A stretch of DNA of 24,000 nucleotides from Rhodobacterales bacterium (lineage in GTDB: Bacteria > Pseudomonadota > Alphaproteobacteria > Rhodobacterales > CAZPXZ01). This document shows, piece after piece, positions 8,083 to 15,880 of this stretch. How positions within the stretch are numbered: position 1 is the first letter of the stretch; every line of letters begins with the position of its first letter. The stretch is from NCBI GenBank assembly GCA_965222665.1, contig CBDCUM010000012.1, positions 303,253 through 327,252 of the forward strand, written 5' to 3'. The notes beneath the pieces are model-generated. The model was not told the DNA's origin. It worked only from the letters and a program-made list of their open reading frames with translations, and searched no databases. The translations under genes and the position numbers were made by a program.

Positions 8083-10218
8083 ATGAGCAGGATCGCGGAG
8101 AACGGCGGCCCGGTTCGGGAACTTTCCGAAGGGAAGATTCAGACTAGACATCTGGGTCGGAAGGCGGTGGTGTATGTGCGCCAGTCGTCGCCCGGCCAGG
8201 TCGCCCGGCATCGAGAATCGACAGCGCTGCAGTATGATCTGCAGGCACGGGCCCGGCTTCTCGGCTGGGCGGCGGATCGCATCGAAGTGATTGACGAGGA
8301 TCTCGGGCGCACGGCGCGCCCGGGGTCGAGCCGTGCCGGTTTCACGGAACTGGTTGCCGGGGTTGGGCTCGGGCACGTTGGGATCGTGCTCAGTTGGGAA
8401 GTGTCCCGCCTGGCTCGGAACCTGGCGGATTGGGGCCGGATGCTGGAGTTGTGCGGTCAGCGCGACACATTGATCGGCGATTGCGAAGTCGTGTACGATT
8501 TGAGCTGCTTCAATGATCGGTTTATTTTGGGGATCCGTGGCTCGATGTCGGAAGCGGAGCTACACCTGATGCGGCAGCGGCTGCATGCGGGTCAGGAGGC
8601 GAAGGCTTCGCGTGGCGCGCTGCGGTTTGGCCTGCCGCGGGGTTATGTACACGGCCCCGACCAGGAGATTCAGCAGGATCCGGACGAGGAAGTGCGTGCG
8701 TCGGTGCGCCGAGTGTTCGATTTGTTTGCGAAATGCGGTTCCCTGCAGCGGGTTGTGCGGACGCTGGCGGGGGATGGTGAGCAACTTCCCCACCGCGCAC
8801 GGAGTGGACCGGGAAAGGGGGAGGTTGTGTGGGGGCGTCCGAGCGCGGCGACGGTTTACCACATGCTGACCAACCCGGTCTATGCCGGTGCCTACGCATG
8901 GGGGCGGATACGTGGGGCGGCGAGAGGAGACGACGATCGGATTGAAGATCGCTGGCGGTATTTGCTGCGGGATCGTCATCCGGCATACATCAGCTGGGAG
9001 ACGCTGGAACTCAACGTGCAGCAGCTTGCGTCGAACCGCGGGGGGCCGAAGGGGCGCTCACCGGGTATGCTGAGCGGCCGCTTGCGGTGCGGGCGCTGCG
9101 GACGAAGCATGATGGCCGGTTACAACAATGGCGGGCGGTCGTTGCGCTACTCCTGTTTCCGCGGGCGGCTGGATTACGGCGAAGCGAAGTGCCAGTCGTT
9201 CTCCGGGGGTGCGATTGATACGCACGTTTCGCGAGAGATTCTCGGCGCCCTGGCTCCGGCTGCGGTAGAGGCGTCGTTGGCCGCCTTGTCGCACGTGGAG
9301 TCGGAGCGGGCGCGCCAGCACGAGAAGTGGCGGCAGCGGCTTGCGCGGGTGGAACACGGGGTGGAACGCGCCTGGCGCCAGTTCGATGCGACGGATCCGG
9401 GGAACCGGCTGGTGGCGCAGAGCCTCGAGGATCGGTGGGAAGCGGCACTGCGCGCGCAGGCGACGTTGCGCGAGGAGTACGAGCGCTTCTGCGCCGCCCT
9501 CCCCCGCGAACTGACGGAGGACCAGCGCAGGGCCATTCGTGAAGCGGCGGAGGATGTTGCCGGGTTGTGGCAGGGTGGGGGCTTGCCGCCGGCCGATCGG
9601 ATCGACATTCTGCGCCTGCTGGTCGACCGCGTCATCGCGACGGTGGAGGAAGACAGCGAGCAGGTTGCCGTGGAGATTCAGTGGCAGGGCGGGTCCCGGT
9701 CAATCTCCCGGATCCACAGACCCGTCCGCGACTGGCGCCAGATGAGCTGCTTTCCCGAACTGCAGGCGCATGTCCACTCGCTGCGGGAGCAGGGACGTAG
9801 CTACCGCGAGATTGCGGATCAGCTCAATGCGGAGGGCTGGCGGCCGGCCCGCAGGACGGCATTCACGATCCACTCCGTAAAGCGACTGTGCAAGATCATG
9901 GAACCGGTTGAAGAACAGCAGCGGCGTTCGCATCCCCCGCCAACGGATCGGCGCCCAGACGAGTGGACCCTCGAGGAATTATCCGGGAAGCTGAACATTC
10001 CTCTGACCACGCTCTACAACTGGATCCAGAAAGGCATCCTGTCTGCACGACGGTCGGATGCACAACCCTTCAGAGGGCCCCGGCGCTGGCTGATCCAGGC
10101 GAATGAAGTGGAACTCGACAGAATTCGCAAACGGCGGACAGACTGGGAGACCCTGCACAGAGACGGAACGCCGAGGCTCCCCGCAGCAACGCCACCAAGC
10201 CCGACAGCAATGAATTGA
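8083..10218 (+). CDS. Large serine recombinase (711 aa) with extra C-terminal HTH-containing tail
   Basis: Track ORF 7993..10218, with the likely start at ATG 8083 (MSRIAENGG...). It has a resolvase catalytic domain with the nucleophile motif KAVVYVRQSSPGQ (Ser codons 8185-8190) and ..GIVLSWEVSRLARN. It has a recombinase domain (..LPRGY..VYHMLTNPVYAGAYAWGR..) and a Zn-ribbon (RLRCGRCGRSMMAGYNNGGRSLRYSCFRGRLDYGEAKCQSF). An Arg/Glu-rich coiled-coil follows. The tail has two HTH-like segments (GRSYREIADQLNAEGWRPARR..., WTLEELSGKLNIPLTTLYNWIQKGILSARR). Confidence 0.9.
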   Translation: MSRIAENGGPVRELSEGKIQTRHLGRKAVVYVRQSSPGQVARHRESTALQYDLQARARLLGWAADRIEVIDEDLGRTARPGSSRAGFTELVAGVGLGHVGIVLSWEVSRLARNLADWGRMLELCGQRDTLIGDCEVVYDLSCFNDRFILGIRGSMSEAELHLMRQRLHAGQEAKASRGALRFGLPRGYVHGPDQEIQQDPDEEVRASVRRVFDLFAKCGSLQRVVRTLAGDGEQLPHRARSGPGKGEVVWGRPSAATVYHMLTNPVYAGAYAWGRIRGAARGDDDRIEDRWRYLLRDRHPAYISWETLELNVQQLASNRGGPKGRSPGMLSGRLRCGRCGRSMMAGYNNGGRSLRYSCFRGRLDYGEAKCQSFSGGAIDTHVSREILGALAPAAVEASLAALSHVESERARQHEKWRQRLARVEHGVERAWRQFDATDPGNRLVAQSLEDRWEAALRAQATLREEYERFCAALPRELTEDQRRAIREAAEDVAGLWQGGGLPPADRIDILRLLVDRVIATVEEDSEQVAVEIQWQGGSRSISRIHRPVRDWRQMSCFPELQAHVHSLREQGRSYREIADQLNAEGWRPARRTAFTIHSVKRLCKIMEPVEEQQRRSHPPPTDRRPDEWTLEELSGKLNIPLTTLYNWIQKGILSARRSDAQPFRGPRRWLIQANEVELDRIRKRRTDWETLHRDGTPRLPAATPPSPTAMN

Positions 10219-10246
10219 GTTTTAGGAGGCAGTATGTCAAGACCGT

Positions 10247-10252
10247 CTCCAC
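10247..10252. repeat. Right junction core (CTCCAC), putative attR crossover region
   Basis: See the left junction. A CATAC motif lies 9-13 nt inside each end in inverted orientation (7879-7883, and the reverse complement of 10233-10237), giving weak dyad symmetry as expected for an attP-type site. Confidence 0.45.
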
Positions 10253-11566
10253 GCGCGTCAAGGCCTTGTAGATCCTCACACAATTGTCTGCCACCATGTC
10301 TTGTTCCGGAAGCGAGGTGCGGATGACATAGATGCCGTCGAGAGCCGCTTCCCGGGCAATGTTTTCGGCGTTGCGGGAGAAGGCGAAGGACGTATCGTCA
10401 ATCTCGTAGTTCATGTGCTTCTTCATCCGGAACCGGTTGATGGCCTGGCCGACCCGGACGCCGATCTCGGCGCGGCCTCGGAGGGTTCCGCCATCGACGC
10501 TCTTGCGGATGACAGCGAGGTCGGCTTCCGTCGCTTTCAGCAGGGATTCGCGCGTGTGGGCGCGCCGCGCTGCCAGCCGCGGGTTGCGACAGGCCACCAG
10601 CCGCTCACCGGGATAGTCCGGGTGAAGGACCTCGAACAGATTGACTTCGTCGAACCGGGCGACATCAAGAGAGCTGGTGCGGATGAGCTTCTGGATGGTT
10701 GCGCTCTTCAGCGCGGTGATCCAATCCACGCCATCCAGCTTCTTGAGTTCGGTGATGCGGGTCTGCGCGATCATGCCGCGATCGCCCACAATGACCACCC
10801 GCTGGAGGCCGAAGCGCTTCTGCAGGCGCGCGACCTCAGGCAGAAGGGTCTTCGGATCCCCGATATTGCCCGCGTAGACCGAGACGGAAACCGGGCAGCC
10901 GCCGACGTCGCACAGCAGTCCGAAGTTGACCTGAAGCTTTCCCTTCTTGCCGTCCCGGTTGTGCCCGCGGCGGCCAAGCGGGCAGGTCGTCCCTTCGAAG
11001 TAACTTGATGTCAGATCAAACAAAACCAGGCCGCCGTCCCGGAAGTGGCGCCGCGCGAGCTTGCCCTGGATCCGGTTCTGCCGCTTGCCCAGCCAGTCCA
11101 TTGCCGCATAGAGTTCGTCAACCTCGGCGTCGTCGACGCCGAACATCTCGCCCAGCGTGGTGTCTTTCCACCACCGGGTCGTCGCAAGCTTGCTGTGCGG
11201 TCGGATGATGCGGGCGGCAATCATGGCGCAGACCAGGTCGCGCTCCCGGCACGGCTCGGAGCCGATCAGTTCAATCATGCCAAGCCGGTCAAACGCAGCC
11301 GCAATCGCTGCCACCGGTCCATGCTTGCGGGACCGCAGGATCTCAAAGGCGTCACTGGCCTCGACATACTGCTTCCCCGCCAGGCTGCCCCGAACCAATG
11401 CAAGGGTCTCGTCGGAGAGGCTCGAGAGATTCGCCAGCGTTTTCTTCTGAACCTTGCCGCTCTCGTCGCGAAAGGACCGGCGCAGGAGTTTGGAATAGTA
11501 GGTCTTGCCGCCCTGCTTGCTGGCGATAATGGCGACATGCATCGCTGGCATGGCCCCGTGCCTCAT
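10247..11566 (-). pseudogene. IS1634-family transposase, N-terminal ~80% (interrupted)
   Basis: Track ORF 10070..11641 (-). Sequences ...MHVAIIASKQGGKTYYSKLLRRSFRDESGKVQKKTLANLS..., ..VVIVGDRGMIAQTRITELKK.. and ..IYVIRTSLP..CVRIYKALTRVE are typical of IS1634-type transposases. Family similarity stops at the E codon at 10247-10249, and the rest of the track ORF is read-through into the inserted element. The start may be ATG 11566, 11551 or 11542. Confidence 0.8.
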
Positions 11567-11730
11567 ATAGTGTCCACACTCTTTCGATTGCGGTCTGCTC
11601 GGTATTGCCCGCAATATATAGCATATTAAAGCTGGTGTCAACCAGACAATAACGTATCTAGTGCCTACAATACCGAAAAATATTGGCCGTTTTCGGCCGA
11701 AATCACACGTGCTAACAAAGAGTTACGCGG

Positions 11731-11752
11731 AAAATACCCTTCAGAACTTCAG
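11731..11752. repeat. IS right terminal inverted repeat
   Basis: The plus strand reads AAAATACCCTTCAGAACTTCAG, whose reverse complement is CTGAAGTTCTGAAGGGTATTTT. Confidence 0.8.
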
Positions 11753-11758
11753 GCTAAG
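11753..11758. repeat. Target-site duplication GCTAAG (right)
   Basis: GCTAAG directly abuts IR-R, and an identical hexamer abuts IR-L at 7308-7313. Confidence 0.8.
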
Positions 11759-12158
11759 GACAGGGCTGGCCAGGAGACCACGGGGCGTGGCCCGGCCGCC
11801 ATCTGCGGCGTGGTTGAGCCTTGGTCATGCCGGTGCCCCCGGGGCAAATCCGACAGGCTCCTGGTGCGTCAACCGCCTTGAAATGATGGATATGAGCAGT
11901 TCAGCTTGATGCGCTTGCCGGCTGCCTCGAATCTCCGGTCAACAGAATTGTTGTCAGGATTGCGCCGCTCCTGTAGCGCTTTGGTCTCGCGGCAGGCACT
12001 GCCGCGAAAGCATCCGGCGGTCCCGATCACTGCGTTTTCCGCGAAGCTTCCGCGCTTGGGCGTGGTGGATTTCCCGGTGCTGCCCGATGCGCAGCGCGTA
12101 CTGCGGCTTCGACCGCGCCATCCGTGCGCAGTCGGCCTCCGGCGGGCCCATCCGCCGT

Positions 12159-12990
12159 TCAGGGGGCGCCTCCATTCCGGAAGACGTCGTCAAGCTTCCG
12201 CGCATCGAACAGGGCATCCGCCCACGCTTCCGGATACTGCAGCGGCGCCGACCTGACCTTCACATCCACACCCTCGGGAATGGCACCGAAGCGCTGTCGT
12301 AACAGGCGAAGCGGAAGATCCGCTCTTCCTTCAACCTTCCCTTCTGCCTTTCCTTCTGCCAGGGCTTCCGGAATCAGCGGCTGAGTGATCAGGTCCATGT
12401 CGATCTCCCCGGCTTCCAGGCCCGCATCGAGGGCCAAGTCGTACAGCGTCTCCGGTCATCATTGTGGATGTAGCCAACGCGTAGGAGAGCACGTAGGCCA
12501 GCGTCTCCGGGTCGATCCGGCTGCCCGCCAGGTCCGTGCTCCAGATCCGGCGCAACTCATCCACCGGGTACGGTGTGAGGCAGGCGATGTTCATCATGCC
12601 GACCATGGCGCGGGGTACAGGCTCCTTCGAGAGCGCCTCGTAGGGGACCCTCCGGGTGATCCGCGCGAAATACCGTTCGCCCCAGGTCAATTGCCTCACG
12701 ATGTCGATCGCACTGCGAGTTTCGACAATGGCTCCGGGCACGCTCCACGAGAGCCTCCTTGTGCTGAAGATGAACGGAACGCGAGGGCGTGTCCTTCCGG
12801 GCGAATGGCGCCTGCAGCCCGCGCAGCCGGGCGGCCACCTGTCCGGGCGTGTCGGAGCCTGGACTCGATACATGCTCGATCTGGACCACGGCATTCGAAA
12901 GGTTCCCGACGAATAGCCCCCCGGGGGGGCGCTGACGCCGCCGCGGCTGAGAACCCGTCGACGAAGCGTGCCCCGATCGCTTCCTTTCGT
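12159..12990 (-). pseudogene. Rpn/YhgA-like recombination-promoting nuclease / putative transposase, frameshifted copy 2
   Basis: Family-like sequence is spread over three minus-strand frames. Track 12557..12889 gives GGLFVGNLSNAVVQIEHVSSPGSDTPGQVAARLRGL. Track 12331..13047 gives VPFIFSTRRLSWSVPGAIVE...LSKEPVPRAMVGMMNIACL...ETLAYVLSYALATSTMMTG. Track 12159..12437 and the open frame upstream of it give (PETLYDL)ALDAGLEAGEIDMDLITQPLIPEALAEGKAEGKVEGRADLPLRLLRQRFGAIPEGV...DARKLDDVF. There are at least two frameshifts (about 12775 and about 12455). The 5' limit is uncertain. Confidence 0.6.
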
Positions 12991-13036
12991 CCTTGCTACC
13001 GGGTTCCGGGCTTGAGGAACCTGTCGGCGTACACTG

Positions 13037-13321
13037 TCAGGAAGCACTCCGCGACCTTCGCCGCCGTCGCGGCGCGCCCGCTGGCTCCACGAGACCGTCC
13101 CGCAACACGTGCTTCATGGGATGGCCATCATCCTCCAGGGCATGGATGGACAGAAGCCGCGTGATTTCTTCCTGCGCATTGGCATCATCCGGCAGTCCGA
13201 GCGCCCAGTCCAGGAAGATCGACCGGCAGGCCTCCGGTGTGATTCCATCGATGCGGAACGCTTCCTGAATCAGGCCGCGCGGGTCGCCTGGCGTTCCCTT
13301 GCGCCTCGGCCTATCCGACAA
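13037..13321 (-). CDS. Small conserved hypothetical protein (94 aa)
   Basis: Track ORF 13037..13321 (-), with a TTG start. The sequence ..GLIQEAFRIDGITPEACRSIFLDWALGLP....HPMKHVLRDGL..., with an Arg-rich tail, resembles (from memory) a small alphaproteobacterial hypothetical protein family. No function is known. Confidence 0.5.
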   Translation of the reverse strand: MSDRPRRKGTPGDPRGLIQEAFRIDGITPEACRSIFLDWALGLPDDANAQEEITRLLSIHALEDDGHPMKHVLRDGLVEPAGAPRRRRRSRSAS

Positions 13322-13446
13322 GCGACCGGCTCCGGTGGGGCTTCGCAGTGCGGGAGGACCGATTCATGGTTGGACCCGTGTTCCCGCGTCCGGTTGTTCG
13401 CTCCAGCATTCCGGTCCGGGGCTGCACGCCGCAGCGGCGGGTGCCT

Positions 13447-14196
13447 TCATGCTGCGAGTTCCTCCAGCAGCTCGTCCGGGACTTCAAAATTTGCGTAGAC
13501 TTCCTGCACGTCGTCATCCTCGGCAAGGGATTCATAGAGCCGGATCACACGGCCGGCGTCCTCGCCGGCTACCGGGACGGTCGCAAGCGGTGACCAGACC
13601 AGCCGCGAGCTGCCGGGGGGCGCCCCGAGTTGCTCCTCTAGTTCCCGGGAAACGTCTACGAGTTCCTCGCGTGTGCAGCGGATGCGATGCCCATCCTCCT
13701 CCGAGACCGCGTCATCGGCGCCAGCCTCGATTGCCGCCTCGAGCACGGCATCCGCGTCGGCCACGTCGGCATCGAACACGATCTCGCCAATGCGTTCGAA
13801 TTGGAAGGTAACGGCCCCGCCTTCCGCCAGCGAGCCGCCATGGCGGTTGAACCGGGAGCGGATGCTCGCGGCAGTGCGGTTGCGGTTGTCCGTCATTGCC
13901 TCCACGACGAAGGCGACGCCACCGGGTCCATACCCTTCGTAGACGATCTCCTGCAGATCGTCGGCTGCGTCGCCCTCCACCTTGGCGATGGCGCGCTCGA
14001 TATTGTCCTTGGGCATGTTCTGCCCCCGTGCCTCCTGCATGGCGAGTCGAAGGCGCGGGTTCGCGGTGGGGTCGATGCCACCAAGCCTTGCGGCCACCAT
14101 GATTTCGCGCGCCAGCCTTGAGAAGACCCGCGTGCGCTTGCGGTCCTGCGCACCCTTCCGGTGCATGATGTTCTTGAATTTCGAATGGCCCGCCAA
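13447..14196 (-). CDS. yebC: YebC/PmpR-family DNA-binding transcriptional regulator
   Basis: (M)AGHSKFKNIMHRKGAQDRKRTRVFSRLAREI...YEGYGPGGVAFVVEAMTDNRNRTA... is full length at 249 aa. It has a TTG start with a GGGAGG Shine-Dalgarno 5 nt upstream. Confidence 0.95.
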   Translation of the reverse strand: MAGHSKFKNIMHRKGAQDRKRTRVFSRLAREIMVAARLGGIDPTANPRLRLAMQEARGQNMPKDNIERAIAKVEGDAADDLQEIVYEGYGPGGVAFVVEAMTDNRNRTAASIRSRFNRHGGSLAEGGAVTFQFERIGEIVFDADVADADAVLEAAIEAGADDAVSEEDGHRIRCTREELVDVSRELEEQLGAPPGSSRLVWSPLATVPVAGEDAGRVIRLYESLAEDDDVQEVYANFEVPDELLEELAA

Positions 14197-14231
14197 ACTG
14201 GCCTCCCTCGCAACCGCGGTCCTTCGCTCTC

Positions 14232-15053
14232 CTAGTCAAGCACAGGAATGCGTTCCTCCAGCAACCCGCCGACGCGAACCGGTGCGGTGCGCGTCGCCAG
14301 CCCGGAATTGTCATCGGTTTCCACGAACATAGCGCACAGCGTGGGGTCCCCGGTTGCCGGATGCGGTCGCTCGACGCGGAGTCCGGAGGCGAAGCGCCTG
14401 ACGGGCTCGGGCTTGTCCATCCCGATCACCGAGTCGTAACAGCCGCACATGCCGACATCGGTCATGTAGGCAGTTCCTCCCGGTAGAATTCGCGCGTCCG
14501 CGGTCGGGATGTGGGTGTGCGTTCCCACCACCAGGCTTGCGCGCCCATCGCACCAGGCACCCATGGCGCACTTTTCCGAGGTCACCTCGGCGTGGAAGTC
14601 CACTACGGTGGCTGAGACCACCCGTCCAAGCGGATGAGCCTCCAGAACATCGTCGACGACGGTGAACGGATTGCCGAATGCCGGCTCCATGTTCCGTTGC
14701 CCGAGCGCGTTCATGACCAGAATGGTCTGGCCGCCCGGCGCCTCGAAGACGCGATGTCCCGCCCCCGGGGGGGTCCGGGCAATATTGAGCGGGCGGAGAA
14801 TTCTCGGCTCCCGCTCCAGATACAGGAGGATCTGCCGTTCGTCGAAAGCGTGGTTGCCGAGCGTGATGACATCGATACCGCACTCGAACAGTCGATCCGC
14901 ATGCGCGGGAGTGATGCCAGCCCCATGGGTTGCATTCTCCCCGTTGGCAATGGTGAAGTCGATCTTCAGCCGTTCCTGAAGGTGCGGAATCCAGGATGCC
15001 ACCACCTTGCGCCCCGCTGCGCCGAAGACGTCTCCAACCATCAGAATTCGCAT
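14232..15053 (-). CDS. YmdB-family metallophosphoesterase (2',3'-cyclic-nucleotide phosphodiesterase-like)
   Basis: MRILMVGDVFGAAGRKVV...FTIANGENATHGAGIT...GNHAFD...VVDFHAEVTSEK...VVGTHTHIPTADARILPGGTAYMTDVGMCG. ATG 15053 is preferred over the track start 15065 because GGAG lies 8 nt upstream of it. Confidence 0.9.
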   Translation of the reverse strand: MRILMVGDVFGAAGRKVVASWIPHLQERLKIDFTIANGENATHGAGITPAHADRLFECGIDVITLGNHAFDERQILLYLEREPRILRPLNIARTPPGAGHRVFEAPGGQTILVMNALGQRNMEPAFGNPFTVVDDVLEAHPLGRVVSATVVDFHAEVTSEKCAMGAWCDGRASLVVGTHTHIPTADARILPGGTAYMTDVGMCGCYDSVIGMDKPEPVRRFASGLRVERPHPATGDPTLCAMFVETDDNSGLATRTAPVRVGGLLEERIPVLD

Positions 15054-15682
15054 GGGTTGCTCCAAGCCAGGGTCTCGAGTTCCGTTGCAAGCGCATCCAG
15101 AAGCGCGTCGCGGACATCGCGGGGCACCTTCGGCACTTCCTGCGCGGCAAAGGCGAATCCGACCGCTCGGTGCAAACGCCCGGTCGCCCGCAGGGCGCCC
15201 AGCGTGCGATCGTAGAAACCGCCGCCGTAACCGAGCCGGGCACCGGTCCGGTCCCAGGCGAGCAGGGGCACAACCGCCTTGGTTGGGGTGCAGTCCTCTC
15301 CGCCCGCGGGAACCTCGACGCCGAATGCGCCCCGCAGGAGAGGCTCACCCGGTTGCCAGGTCCGGAACGCGAGAGGCTCTCCCGGAGCGATGACAACGGG
15401 CAGGCAGAGCCGGGCGCCCCGTCGGCGCAGTTCCTCCATGGCCGGGCACGGGTCGAGCTCCGAGCGGAAGGCACGGTATCCGGCGACCGTTTCGCCTGCC
15501 GAGGGCATGAGCGCCTCGACAAGGCGCCGCCCGGCGATCCGGGAGGCGTCGGGGTTCGTTCGTGCAGTCTCGTCGCGCATGGCCGCGCAGCGGGTACGCA
15601 GTTCGCGCTTCTCGCGGACGACATCCGGAACCATGGTGGGAGTGGGCAGCGGGGACTGCTTCAACCTATCTTTGGCGGGCAT
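15041..15682 (-). CDS. 5-formyltetrahydrofolate cyclo-ligase
   Basis: The 213-aa product carries ...LLAWDRTGARLGYGGGFYDRTL..., the family GYGGG(F/Y)YDR signature. It overlaps the downstream ymdB-like start by 13 nt. Confidence 0.9.
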   Translation of the reverse strand: MPAKDRLKQSPLPTPTMVPDVVREKRELRTRCAAMRDETARTNPDASRIAGRRLVEALMPSAGETVAGYRAFRSELDPCPAMEELRRRGARLCLPVVIAPGEPLAFRTWQPGEPLLRGAFGVEVPAGGEDCTPTKAVVPLLAWDRTGARLGYGGGFYDRTLGALRATGRLHRAVGFAFAAQEVPKVPRDVRDALLDALATELETLAWSNPCEF

Positions 15683-15683
15683 C

Positions 15684-15880
15684 CTTGTGAGCCTGGATGC
15701 CAGGTGGGCGACGTTTGCGAAGCGCCACGGCTCTTCACAGTGACATCTCCCGTAAGTTTTTAATTAGCGCTCCCAGGATTCGCCGTGATTTCGAAATCCG
15801 CAGCCACCCGCACGCACAGCCTAGCACTCAGTGCGAGGCGAGGCAATTGCTGTCCCTGCGTGCGGGCCCGTTCACGGTCG
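15684..15880 (-). ncRNA. Candidate 6S RNA (ssrS) or other structured RNA in the zapA / 5-FCL spacer
   Basis: The call rests on position only. The 198-nt non-coding spacer lies directly upstream of, and co-oriented with, the 5-formyl-THF cyclo-ligase gene and downstream of zapA, the classical ssrS location in many proteobacteria. It is strongly structured, with a 10-bp perfect inverted repeat and an imperfect long helix between about 15701-15731 and 15782-15810. I could not reproduce the canonical 6S rod with a central bubble by hand. Confidence 0.3.
15807..15866. repeat. Perfect 10-bp inverted repeat (CCCGCACGCA / TGCGTGCGGG) closing a 60-nt stem-loop
   Basis: 15807-15816 is the exact reverse complement of 15857-15866. 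Additional internal pairing includes a GCAC-UGA-GUGC hairpin. It starts 15 nt after the zapA stop on the minus strand and has no U-tract. Confidence 0.85.

Larger units (their letters stand above)
7866..10246 (+). mobile_element. Compact integrative element encoding only a large serine recombinase, inserted in the IS transposase ORF
   Basis: The transposase reading frame is broken between ...ALTRVE (to 10247) and VERAFRS... (from 7868/7865). Plus-strand junctions are gcgcgCTCGACtatatg (left) and gaccgtCTCCACgcgcg (right). Deleting 7866-10246 restores ...TRVERAFRS.... The 2381 bp between them hold one promoter-like site, a ~160-nt leader, one recombinase ORF and 28 bp of 3' sequence. Boundaries are ambiguous by up to 3 nt because CTC is shared. 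Confidence 0.7.
7314..11752 (-). mobile_element. IS1634/IS4-family insertion sequence carrying a secondary insertion
   Basis: Terminal inverted repeats are CTGAAGTTCTGAcGGGATTTT (7314-7334) and the reverse complement of 11731-11752 (CTGAAGTTCTGAaGGGtATTTT). An identical 6-bp direct repeat GCTAAG lies just outside both ends. The interior encodes a DDE transposase of IS1634 type on the minus strand. It is 4439 bp with the nested 2381-bp element and about 2058 bp without it. Confidence 0.85.

Noticed and set aside
11759-12158. Small ORFs between the IS and Rpn copy 2 (11954..12217 -, 11906..12256 +).
   Set aside because: No recognisable family, no convincing start context, and mutual overlap. 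They are possibly remnants.
14311-15624. 437-aa minus-strand ORF overlapping the ymdB-like and cyclo-ligase genes. Similar cases are 16390..17658 - (over dnaN), 18286..19209 - and 18374..19969 - (over recF/gyrB), 20042..21214 - (over gyrB), and 21590..23113 - and 21592..23265 + (over ctaD).
   Set aside because: Each overlaps a frame with an unambiguous housekeeping protein signature and has the Arg/Pro/Gly-rich composition of GC-driven shadow frames.
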